Shown piece after piece: positions 35,187 to 43,796 of a stretch of 56,115 nucleotides of DNA (within the stretch, counting starts at the first letter, position 1; each line of letters opens with the position of its first letter). The notes beneath the pieces are model-generated. The model had not been told where the DNA came from, did no database searches, and saw only the letters and a list, made by a program, of their open reading frames with translations. Position numbers and translations under genes: made by a program. The stretch comes from a virus (lineage: Duplodnaviria; Caudoviricetes): IMG/VR virus record IMGVR_UViG_3300027881_000017, positions 1 through 56,115 of that record; one strand, written 5' to 3'.

Positions 35187-35381
35187 CTATGTAATTGTAC
35201 ATAAAGATTTTTTGCAATTGACGATATCACCAACTGTAAGATCGTCGGTAAAATGCGCTACCATTTTTGCGGTTCCGGCAACTATCTCGCCTTTAAACCA
35301 CTCTGGACTTTCTTCTATAAGCTTGATATTGAACAGACCTTTTCTGCGATGGTTAATCGTATAGATTTCTCCAATGGTCAT
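35187..35381 (-). CDS. Hypothetical protein
   Basis: aggagg RBS. Confidence 0.6.
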   Translation of the reverse strand: MTIGEIYTINHRRKGLFNIKLIEESPEWFKGEIVAGTAKMVAHFTDDLTVGDIVNCKKSLCTIT

Positions 35382-35583
35382 TAGATCCTCCTGGACGTTA
35401 TAATATACAATACATATGAAATGGGAATGATAACAATAATGGTGATAAAAATGAGGTAAGGTAACATGTGAGTTTACCCTGGTTTTAATTTTTAATTTTT
35501 AATAAAACCGGCGACACCACTCTGGACAAATAAATGCCGCCGGTTAGGCGGATCGACACCGCCTGGTGACCTTTCGGGGTCAG

Positions 35584-35982
35584 CTAATTTGTGCTGTCCT
35601 CTTTGTCTATCGCCTGCAGAATTTCTATAATATCGTTCTTAATTTCTTTTTTAAGATTCTTGCCCACCTTAACCGTCTCTTCAACTCGCTCAAAAGTTAT
35701 CTTGTCAGCAATATACATTTGCAGCAGTGTCGTTTTGTCCGGCACAAAAACTGCAAGAAATACGCAAATCAAGAACGGCATAAATAGTTTCTTGAAAACG
35801 TTTTGACACTTTTTATAGTCGTCATTATCTTTGCCGTACTCTATGAGATTTACCGTCGCGCCTATTTTGGAAATAACCGAGCCAATGCCCAGCAATACAG
35901 AACAGACGCACGCAGCAATAACTACATTATTAACAACCTGCAGCATATAAATAAAAAATGGGCTTACGATGGATTCATCCAT
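35584..35982 (-). CDS. Hypothetical membrane protein
   Basis: ggaggt RBS; two TM segments. Confidence 0.65.
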   Translation of the reverse strand: MDESIVSPFFIYMLQVVNNVVIAACVCSVLLGIGSVISKIGATVNLIEYGKDNDDYKKCQNVFKKLFMPFLICVFLAVFVPDKTTLLQMYIADKITFERVEETVKVGKNLKKEIKNDIIEILQAIDKEDSTN

Positions 35983-36208
35983 TGAACACCTCCATTACTT
36001 TACGTTTCATTAAAGCATCACAACGATAACACATCTTTGGCATTATAGCGATCGGATGATTACCAAATTTCAAATACGTCGCTGGCTTCAGATGTATCTT
36101 CTGGGCAATGCGATGGCCCTTCTCATCCTTCGTCGGAAATTCGGTTCCGCATATCCCACAAGTGTATTCGCCGTTCTTGCTTTGATGTTTTCCAAGTTTT
36201 TTAATCAT
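35975..36208 (-). CDS. Zinc-finger protein
   Basis: CGICG...CYRC. Confidence 0.55.
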   Translation of the reverse strand: MIKKLGKHQSKNGEYTCGICGTEFPTKDEKGHRIAQKIHLKPATYLKFGNHPIAIMPKMCYRCDALMKRKVMEVFNG

Positions 36209-36243
36209 GGTCTAATTTAATCAATTTTTATTAAAATAAAAAA

Positions 36244-36771
36244 TTATTTTTTATCAATTAAATCTTTTATCTCTTTCGCTATTTTCCGTTTACAGCTATA
36301 ACAAAACATCGTGATTGAAAATACCTCAGATTGAGCAAACATTATATAATCCCTGTTGCATAAGTTTTCTCTGAACTTATCATATCTTTTATGGCATAGG
36401 TTGCATTCGTATTTACCATATTTCTTTGCTATCATATTATCATAAATTTTTTCTGCTTTTTCGACTGTTTCCTTGTCGGTTCCAAATGGATTATCAAATG
36501 CCTGGTCATGCGCTAATTTTCTTAGTTCTCGTTCTTCTTTTAATAAAATCAGTTTGTCATCGTTGCGGTCCTTTTTTACTATTTTTTCGATCTTTTTTAA
36601 TAGTTTTTTATCACATGAGTGACAGATTTTTCCGCAATCGACGATGTCAAAATTCCTGAAGCTAATTTTCCGGTTTGGTTTTATAAATTTTTTCTCCGGA
36701 GTCTTTTCCCAAAAATTAGCAAAAACGGGGAACTTTTTGGCGCAAAATTCGCATTGGTAGAACTTGTTCAT
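36244..36771 (-). CDS. Double zinc-finger protein, first leftward gene
   Basis: aggag RBS; two CxxC...CxxC units. Confidence 0.6.
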   Translation of the reverse strand: MNKFYQCEFCAKKFPVFANFWEKTPEKKFIKPNRKISFRNFDIVDCGKICHSCDKKLLKKIEKIVKKDRNDDKLILLKEERELRKLAHDQAFDNPFGTDKETVEKAEKIYDNMIAKKYGKYECNLCHKRYDKFRENLCNRDYIMFAQSEVFSITMFCYSCKRKIAKEIKDLIDKK

Positions 36772-37122
36772 TTTAAATTCTCCTATGTTATTGTTTTTTA
36801 ATGACTTAAAAAGATAAGCAAGTTAATCCTTTGTTTTTATTGAACTTACATTTAGTTTTTGGTAAGAGAGAATTTTTTTAGTATTTTATTGTTAAATATA
36901 ATATAAATATTATAAAATAAATAAATATATAATTATTTTTTTTTAAAAAAAAAAATTTATATATCTTTATAATTTTCGTTTTTTGTTTACGGAACAGGGT
37001 GTGATATTAAAAAAGTTTTTTTAATTAATGATTTTGTGTAAAAAAATTATTTTTTAAATTGTTATTTTTTATTAAATTAACACGATGAAAATATTATAAA
37101 ACATTAGAGAATGTTATAAAAC
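36772..37122. promoter_or_regulatory. Very AT-rich divergent intergenic region (promoters, possible origin or pac region)
   Basis: Strand switch point; long A and T tracts. Confidence 0.5.
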
Positions 37123-37731
37123 ATGAGAAAAAACGAAAAAAAGCGGTCTGAACAGGTGATTTTGTATAACAGAAGAACTATTGCTCGACAATATTTAAAA
37201 GGTAGAAACCAAGAAGATATTGCTGAAATGGTTAACCTGACTCAAGCGACAGTTAGTAAAGAAATCGATGCATTAAAAGAACAATGGGTGCGATCGACCG
37301 AAGTCGATTTTGCCGAAGCACAAGGCGCTGCGCTTAATAAAGTTGATGCGATGGAGCAAGAAGCACTTAATCAATATAAAAAAAGCAAACGAGCAAAAAA
37401 GACAACTACTCAGAAAAAACAACCTGCGGCAATGCCTGACAACGAAAATCCAGAGGTCACAAGTGAAGGAGAAATCGTTGCTCCCATAATAACCGAATAT
37501 GTTATAGTTGAGGAAACGATCAGAAAAGAAGAAGGCACCGGCGATGTTAAATGGTACGACCAGGTAATGAAATGCATCGACATGCGATTAAAGATTTTAG
37601 GTTTATATAACCAGTCAAGCAAGGAGCCATCTATTGGACCATTCATCCCAACTGGAATTGCTAAAGAAACTACCAAAAGTAAAGTTGCACTCTTTCTCGC
37701 AGTCTTTAAAGAGTGGGACGACGCATCTTAA
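37123..37731 (+). CDS. terS: Terminase small subunit
   Basis: N-terminal HTH (QEDIAEMVNLTQATVSKEI), R.KILGL motif; precedes TerL. Confidence 0.7.
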   Translation: MRKNEKKRSEQVILYNRRTIARQYLKGRNQEDIAEMVNLTQATVSKEIDALKEQWVRSTEVDFAEAQGAALNKVDAMEQEALNQYKKSKRAKKTTTQKKQPAAMPDNENPEVTSEGEIVAPIITEYVIVEETIRKEEGTGDVKWYDQVMKCIDMRLKILGLYNQSSKEPSIGPFIPTGIAKETTKSKVALFLAVFKEWDDAS

Positions 37732-39199
37732 AATAGCTGAAAAGTTTTTTTTAGATGATAATATCTGGTGGATTCCTCGCCCTGGGGCACAGGTATTCGC
37801 TTATTTTCACCTTGCCGATGAAATATATTATGGAGGTAAGGCTGGCGGCGGCAAGACAGATTTATTGCTTGGCTTATCATCATTAGAGCACAGACGATCA
37901 CTTATATTAAGACGGATATATCCGCAACTAGAAGCAATGATATTTCGAAGCCAGGAAATTTTTAGTGCAGCAGGGTTATATAACCTTTCGAAAAACTTCT
38001 GGCATTTTCCTTCAAGGCCGGGCAGCGTTAAAAGATTCTTACAATTTGGAGCAGTGCAATATGATCGAGATAAACTTAACTATCAAGGCCGACCTTTTGA
38101 CTTTATTGGATTTGATGAGATTACTCAATTCCTGTTTTCCCAATTTACATATATCAAAGGATGGAATAGAAGTGTGGATTCAACTCAAAGATGTAGAATC
38201 ATCTGCACTGGGAATCCGCCAACTGATCAAGATGGGGCGTGGGTAATTGATTATTGGGCTCCATGGTTGGATAGGACATATCCTAGTCCGGCAGAGCCCG
38301 GTGAACTTAGATGGTTTATAATGAAGGGCGATCAGAGCGTAATGGTCGATGGTCCGGAGCCGCAAATTGTTGATTGGTCACCTGAGCCCATATATCCGCT
38401 TAGCAGGACATTTATTCCCGCTGAGATGCTACCTGAATTAGTTGAATCTGGATATCGAACAAAGCTACAAGGCCTGCCGGAACCGCTCAGATCTCAGTTG
38501 CTGTATGGGGACATGGGGCTGACGCAAGATGATGATATATGGCAGATCATTCCTACCGAGTGGGTCCGAGCAGCGATGGCAAGATGGCATGATATGGAAA
38601 TCCCAAAGGTCGAAGACAAAGAAGGGAACCTTATAAATCATCCGATGAATTATGTTGGTGTCGATGTGGCCAGGGGAGGCAAGGACAATACGGTCATTGC
38701 GCCGAGGTATGGTAATTATATCGATGAGCTAATAAAACTTCCAGGCAAGCAGACACCAGATGGCCAATCAGTTGCAGGGCAAGTTGTAAAGGTAGTGGAA
38801 AAAGGCACTGTGATATTGATTGACATTATAGGTGTAGGGTCTTCGCCGTTTGACTGGCTGGCTGAATATGGATATCCGGTGATCGGATTTAACAGTTCGG
38901 AGAAATCAAATGCTACGGATAAGAGTGGTCAACTCACGTTTAGAAATATCCGTGCTGAGGCGTGGTGGAAAGCCAGGGAGATGCTTGATCCTGACAGTGG
39001 AGAGGAAATTGCTTTGCCCGACGATCGTATGTTATTACGTGAACTCACTACTCCCCGGTGGAAGCCTACAGCTTCAGGTATTCTTGTCGAAAGCAAAGAA
39101 GAGTTGATGAAGCCAGATCGGTTAGGCCATTCACCGGATCATGCCGATGCTGTGGTAATGGTATTACATGGTCAACCAAGATTGGGATTGATTGGATGA
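37634..39199 (+). CDS. terL: Terminase large subunit
   Basis: YGGKAGGGKT, FDEITQF, TGNP, GVDVARGGKD, SPDHADA; aaggag RBS before TTG 37634. Confidence 0.95.
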   Translation: MDHSSQLELLKKLPKVKLHSFSQSLKSGTTHLKIAEKFFLDDNIWWIPRPGAQVFAYFHLADEIYYGGKAGGGKTDLLLGLSSLEHRRSLILRRIYPQLEAMIFRSQEIFSAAGLYNLSKNFWHFPSRPGSVKRFLQFGAVQYDRDKLNYQGRPFDFIGFDEITQFLFSQFTYIKGWNRSVDSTQRCRIICTGNPPTDQDGAWVIDYWAPWLDRTYPSPAEPGELRWFIMKGDQSVMVDGPEPQIVDWSPEPIYPLSRTFIPAEMLPELVESGYRTKLQGLPEPLRSQLLYGDMGLTQDDDIWQIIPTEWVRAAMARWHDMEIPKVEDKEGNLINHPMNYVGVDVARGGKDNTVIAPRYGNYIDELIKLPGKQTPDGQSVAGQVVKVVEKGTVILIDIIGVGSSPFDWLAEYGYPVIGFNSSEKSNATDKSGQLTFRNIRAEAWWKAREMLDPDSGEEIALPDDRMLLRELTTPRWKPTASGILVESKEELMKPDRLGHSPDHADAVVMVLHGQPRLGLIG

Positions 39200-39402
39200 C
39201 CGATACGGAGAAAATGCGGATAGGGATCAAAGATTCTGATCAACTGTCGCAATTTATTAAGGATGTAATTGTCATGCCGATGGAACACAAGATAACTGGC
39301 AATGTAACTATCCATTTTTTAGAAGGAGAAATAAGAGCCGTAGAAATAAATCAGCATACCAGAGTGCTTAGTCAAATAACTTTCTTTAAGGAGGTAAAAT
39401 GA
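39196..39402 (+). CDS. Small hypothetical protein
   Basis: ATGA coupling with TerL. Confidence 0.55.
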   Translation: MTDTEKMRIGIKDSDQLSQFIKDVIVMPMEHKITGNVTIHFLEGEIRAVEINQHTRVLSQITFFKEVK

Positions 39403-40082
39403 TAAATGTAATAATTCCTAACTATGGGCATGAATGTTACTTGCCAGATCTAATCGCTTCGCTGACTCATCAAGACAATGCAAATTGGATAGCAACAATA
39501 TATAACGACGATGACCGACCAGGCAAGGAACTTGGATATGTGTTTGATGAGCATTGGGTTTATTGTAAGGACGACAGGAAGAGGATAGGGCAAGCAGCAA
39601 GATTTAACCAAGGGATTGTAAAAGCGGATAATGAATGGATTTCTTTTATGGGCGCTGATGATATTGCGATGCCATGGAAGATAAGTTCTATATTGGATTA
39701 TGCAGAAAATGCTGATGTCATTTATACTGACGCTGTTCAGTTGATGCTAAACGACACAAGGTTGTATATCAAAAGCGATAAACCTATTGAACAGATTTGT
39801 GATCAAAACTTTATAGTAGCGTCTACCGTAGCGGTTCGTCGGCAGTTTTTATTAGATCATATCATACGGTTTGACGAGAAGTTGTCATATGGAGAGGATT
39901 GGTTGTTTTATAATCAACTTGCTATTGCCGGAGCAAAGTTTAAGTACCTGCCCTGGCCTACCGTATATTACCGGGATTATACTTCGAATATCATGATTAG
40001 GGGCAGACCGGAATGGCACCAAAGGAAAAAACAAATTTATGATAAGATTCAGCAGTTATATACTAATATTAAAGGAGGATAA
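39399..40082 (+). CDS. Glycosyltransferase family 2
   Basis: VIIPNY, FNQGI, FMGADD, GEDW. Confidence 0.88.
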   Translation: MINVIIPNYGHECYLPDLIASLTHQDNANWIATIYNDDDRPGKELGYVFDEHWVYCKDDRKRIGQAARFNQGIVKADNEWISFMGADDIAMPWKISSILDYAENADVIYTDAVQLMLNDTRLYIKSDKPIEQICDQNFIVASTVAVRRQFLLDHIIRFDEKLSYGEDWLFYNQLAIAGAKFKYLPWPTVYYRDYTSNIMIRGRPEWHQRKKQIYDKIQQLYTNIKGG

Positions 40083-40086
40083 AATT

Positions 40087-40467
40087 ATGATTTTACGAGC
40101 ATCGTTATTGTTAATGTCACTGGTGTTAATTGCCAGTTGTCAGACCACAGCACCAAGAGGGTTTGTTTGGGATTATGACCATGCTGCAAATGGTCCAGCA
40201 TATCAAGACTCGATTCAGTTCAAGTTGTATTATGGTCAGTCTGCACAAGACACTTTGTTCATGTTACTGGACAGCACTGAGGCGCTGGATATAGATATTC
40301 GATCTCATAGATGGCTGTATTCAAATCAAGACAGGTGGTTTTATTTGATTGCAGAGAGCATGAGAGACAAGGCAACGTCACTATCGTCTAATATTGTTCA
40401 GATATATTTCCCGAAGATAATAAATCAAGACCCAGTTAATTTTGAAGCAGTCAAATTTAAATTTTAA
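40087..40467 (+). CDS. Predicted lipoprotein, FN3-like
   Basis: aggagg RBS, LIASC lipobox, W...FKLYYG...SLSSN. Confidence 0.55.
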   Translation: MILRASLLLMSLVLIASCQTTAPRGFVWDYDHAANGPAYQDSIQFKLYYGQSAQDTLFMLLDSTEALDIDIRSHRWLYSNQDRWFYLIAESMRDKATSLSSNIVQIYFPKIINQDPVNFEAVKFKF

Positions 40468-40506
40468 TTCTAACCCATAACCGGCTAAAAGCCGAAGGAG
40501 AAAATT

Positions 40507-40818
40507 ATGCCATTAGTAAAGAAATCCAAGAAGCAAGTAATTGAAGCAGGGGTAGATCTCCCGATCAAGCCTGAACATGTAAAGTTGTTTAAGGATTTAA
40601 TCAAAAGAGAAGCAGATATTAAGTTTGCTCTTGGTAGTATGTCCGAAATGCTGAGGGAAAGGCACGAGATGTTCTGGGATACGGTTAACGAGTTATATCC
40701 GGAGATAAAAGATTGGATTACTACAGCAGATCTGGAGGAAGAATGTTTCCATGTGCTGTACGAAAAAACTAAGGCATGGAGTAAGCGACATACGAAAGAA
40801 ACAGCGGGGGTGAACTGA
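40507..40818 (+). CDS. Hypothetical protein
   Basis: aaggag RBS. Confidence 0.65.
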   Translation: MPLVKKSKKQVIEAGVDLPIKPEHVKLFKDLIKREADIKFALGSMSEMLRERHEMFWDTVNELYPEIKDWITTADLEEECFHVLYEKTKAWSKRHTKETAGVN

Positions 40819-41027
40819 TGGATACTTGTAAATGCGACAATTGCGGAAATGATATGCCAAAAATATTTGGCAGAACAGTAGCGGTGGTGGAAATAAAGAA
40901 AGATGATCATATTGATATGGTCGTTACTTACAGAAGATGGCGGTCCTTAGAGCCTGGGAAAGAGGCTGATATTTGCGAGGAATGCCACAGCAAGTTCATT
41001 AGAAAATTTAAGCAGGAGACGCAATGA
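40818..41027 (+). CDS. Zinc-finger protein
   Basis: CDNCG...DICEEC. Confidence 0.65.
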   Translation: MDTCKCDNCGNDMPKIFGRTVAVVEIKKDDHIDMVVTYRRWRSLEPGKEADICEECHSKFIRKFKQETQ

Positions 41028-42052
41028 AAAAGATACTTATAACCGGAGCGCCGGGATTCGCTGCAAGTCATTTGGTAAAACGTTTATTAAGCGAAGATGT
41101 TTTATCAAAAGATAGTATTGAAATCCATGGCACCAAGCGGGTCCGGTCGGACATGTACCGGCTGGAAAAGAAGGGCCTAATTGGTGAGATCAATTTTCAC
41201 TTAATAGAATTAACAGATGCTCATAGTGTATATAATGTAATAGCAAAAGTAATGCCGGATCAGATATATCACCTGGCGGCTCAGGATTATGTTGAGTCAA
41301 GTTGGGAGGCGCCGCATGAAACATTCCATACTAATATCGATGGAACGATAAATCTATTTGAAGCGGTACGGAGATGCTATAATCCAGAACCAGAAAAATG
41401 GATTTCAACAGGACGAGATATGCCGATATTTATAGAATATCCTAAGATCTTGGTCACTTCAACCAGCGAGACTTACGGTCTGCATAAGGAGGAGATATAT
41501 GAAGGAACAGAACAGCATCCCAACAACCCGTATGGGATTAGTAAGCTGGCTCAAGATATGTTGGCCCGTCTTTATAGTAGGAGTTATAATATACCTGTTG
41601 TTATCACACGTTCCTTTAACATCACCGGCTGGGGCAGGAATGATCCTTTTGTTGATAGTGATTTCGCTCGACAGATTGCTGAGATAGAAAAGGGTGCTGG
41701 TAGAGAGGCCGTATTGAATCATGGTAATCTTGATAGCAAGCGGACGTTCTTTGATGTTAAAGATGCGGTGCGGGGATATTACCTGGCCATGGAAAGCAAG
41801 TACAAGGATGGCGATGTGTTCTGTTTTGGCACAGATACAAGTACCAGCATCAAAGATTTACTTGGTATATTGTTTTCACTTACTGATGTAGAAATCAGGA
41901 GCAACGAACAACAGGACAGATTGCGCCCGGTAGACACATCTGATATGAGATGCGATGCTTCAAAGGCAAAGCAATTATTGGGATGGGAACCAACGATACC
42001 GCTTAAACAATCTTTAGAGGATCTGCTTAACTACTGGAGGGAGCGATTATGA
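41024..42052 (+). CDS. GDP-mannose 4,6-dehydratase / GDP-4-keto-6-deoxymannose reductase family (extended SDR)
   Basis: ITGAPGF, YHLAAQ, STSETYG, PYGISK, GNLDSKR. Confidence 0.9.
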   Translation: MKKILITGAPGFAASHLVKRLLSEDVLSKDSIEIHGTKRVRSDMYRLEKKGLIGEINFHLIELTDAHSVYNVIAKVMPDQIYHLAAQDYVESSWEAPHETFHTNIDGTINLFEAVRRCYNPEPEKWISTGRDMPIFIEYPKILVTSTSETYGLHKEEIYEGTEQHPNNPYGISKLAQDMLARLYSRSYNIPVVITRSFNITGWGRNDPFVDSDFARQIAEIEKGAGREAVLNHGNLDSKRTFFDVKDAVRGYYLAMESKYKDGDVFCFGTDTSTSIKDLLGILFSLTDVEIRSNEQQDRLRPVDTSDMRCDASKAKQLLGWEPTIPLKQSLEDLLNYWRERL

Positions 42053-42360
42053 AATTAGGTGATAGAGTAAAAGACAAAATTGATGGATTTGAAGGGATCA
42101 TTGTGGCAAAGTGTCATTACCTTAACGGCTGTATCCAATATCAAGTACAGCCGGAATACTTGGATGAACATAAAGGCATTAAGCCAGAATGGATAGATGA
42201 GGACCAATTAGAATTGTTAATGGAAGATGCGTTAACACCAAGCACAGACAGAGAGTTTGGCGAATTCCTGGATAAGCCTAAAGACGAGAATGCAGATCTC
42301 AGCAATTATAGCACTGGTGGTCCACGAAAGAACTTGCCAAAGGGGATGCGTCATGATTAA
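42049..42360 (+). CDS. Phage hypothetical protein (SH3-like)
   Basis: LGDRVKDKIDGFEG...LNGC...WIDE. Confidence 0.65.
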   Translation: MKLGDRVKDKIDGFEGIIVAKCHYLNGCIQYQVQPEYLDEHKGIKPEWIDEDQLELLMEDALTPSTDREFGEFLDKPKDENADLSNYSTGGPRKNLPKGMRHD

Positions 42361-43201
42361 CTGTCTAATATTCACTAAAAACAGAGCATGTCAGTTACAC
42401 TTACTTATGGAGAGCATAAATGAATTTTTCCATACGGGATTGGATATTCATATCCTGGTCAAATCCACTGAGCAAAAATACAGAACCGGATATGGGCGTT
42501 TTCTCAAAGCCAATGAAGGTTTCTATTGGTACGAAGAATCGCCAAATGATTTTAAAGATCAAGTTATGGCAATTGTTAGCAGGTTTAATCACCCTTGGAC
42601 TTTGTGCTTTTGTGATGATGACGTGGTTGTTGATCATGTTGACGTGGTTTCTTTCCTGAAGTATATAACATATGACGTTAATGCTTTGTCTTTAAGGATG
42701 GGAACTCATATTGACTACTGTTATCCAAAAGACATGAAGATGGTTGCTCCATCCTTTACAGTTGCTTCGGAGCTAATTAAATGGAGGTGGGTTGACTATC
42801 AACGTGGATTAGATTGGGGTTATTCAATGTCTCTTGCCGGTAATATATATAGAGCAGAATGGCTAAAAGATATATGGCTGCAGATCCCGTTCACTTCGCC
42901 GAACTTAATTGAAGGGCTGATGGCAATGCGAGCACCGGCACATAGACCCTGTCAACTATCGTTTTCAAAGCAGCGGGTCTATAATGTAGCGAACAATTTG
43001 GTCCAAGATGTTTGTGCCAATAGGCATGAAGGCGATCCATGGATGTTGCCCGATGTTCTTAACAAGCAATATCTTAAAGGAAAGAAGATTGATTTATCTA
43101 AAATAGCCGGGAAGGTATATAATAGTGCCAATGGGCCAGCGATATATGAAATGATTAATCAACGAGGAGAGCACCGTGAGCAGATGGGTTTAGACAACTG
43201 A
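42353..43201 (+). CDS. GT-A-fold glycosyltransferase-like protein
   Basis: IFTKNRACQL N-terminus, FCDDD DxD motif. Confidence 0.65.
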   Translation: MINCLIFTKNRACQLHLLMESINEFFHTGLDIHILVKSTEQKYRTGYGRFLKANEGFYWYEESPNDFKDQVMAIVSRFNHPWTLCFCDDDVVVDHVDVVSFLKYITYDVNALSLRMGTHIDYCYPKDMKMVAPSFTVASELIKWRWVDYQRGLDWGYSMSLAGNIYRAEWLKDIWLQIPFTSPNLIEGLMAMRAPAHRPCQLSFSKQRVYNVANNLVQDVCANRHEGDPWMLPDVLNKQYLKGKKIDLSKIAGKVYNSANGPAIYEMINQRGEHREQMGLDN

Positions 43202-43287
43202 GCATGCTAAGGTTGTCCATATGCAAAAAAAGGTTCGGTGGAAATGCGGTACGCCGCAAGTGGTGGGCTCGAATCCCACCCTCCCTC
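43164..43287 (+). ncRNA. tRNA-like structured RNA
   Basis: Acceptor-like stem, long arm, variable-arm-like hairpin, T-arm GGUGGG-CUCGAAU-CCCACC. Confidence 0.4.
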
Positions 43288-43310
43288 TTCATTATAAACA
43301 AGGAGGAGAT

Positions 43311-43394
43311 ATGCAGAATTTTTGTAACTCCTGCGAGCACTATCATGATGCGAATCAGATGTGTCCGCAAAGTTACCAGATATTAGGGGATTGA
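43311..43394 (+). CDS. 27-aa Cys/His peptide MQNFCNSCEHYHDANQMCPQSYQILGD
   Basis: aaggagg RBS. Confidence 0.4.
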   Translation: MQNFCNSCEHYHDANQMCPQSYQILGD

Positions 43395-43492
43395 AGGGTG
43401 GGCAAAAAAAATCATAAAAACATTTTTATTCTGAGCATCTTTTTATTATATTAACCGCATACATGTGAATTTGCTCGGCCAATCTTACAAAG

Positions 43493-43533
43493 ATGCCATT
43501 AAGTGAATCTATTTACTTAGTGGCATTTTTTTT
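43493..43533 (+). terminator. Intrinsic terminator or attenuator before the head genes
   Basis: ATGCCATTAAGTGAAT/ATTTACTTAGTGGCAT stem plus T-tract. Confidence 0.75.
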
Positions 43534-43544
43534 ATGGAGGAAAC

Positions 43545-43796
43545 ATGAGCGAAGTTCAATTTTTTATTTTCTTTTTATTTGTAGTTTTAATCTTCTTTGG
43601 TATATCAATTTCCGCAGTAACCACCTGGATTAGATCTTTTGCAAAAATGAAAGAGATTTTAAAAGATCCAAACAAGCACTGGTCATTTAAAGGTTTTATT
43701 TATTACGGTGTTTTCTTTACTATATTCATTACATTTTCAGTTTTTGTTTCATTAGTTGTTGGTATGGGCATTTGGATCTGGAGCATAAATGTTTAA
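43545..43796 (+). CDS. Two-TM membrane protein
   Basis: ggagg RBS; two hydrophobic segments. Confidence 0.6.
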   Translation: MSEVQFFIFFLFVVLIFFGISISAVTTWIRSFAKMKEILKDPNKHWSFKGFIYYGVFFTIFITFSVFVSLVVGMGIWIWSINV

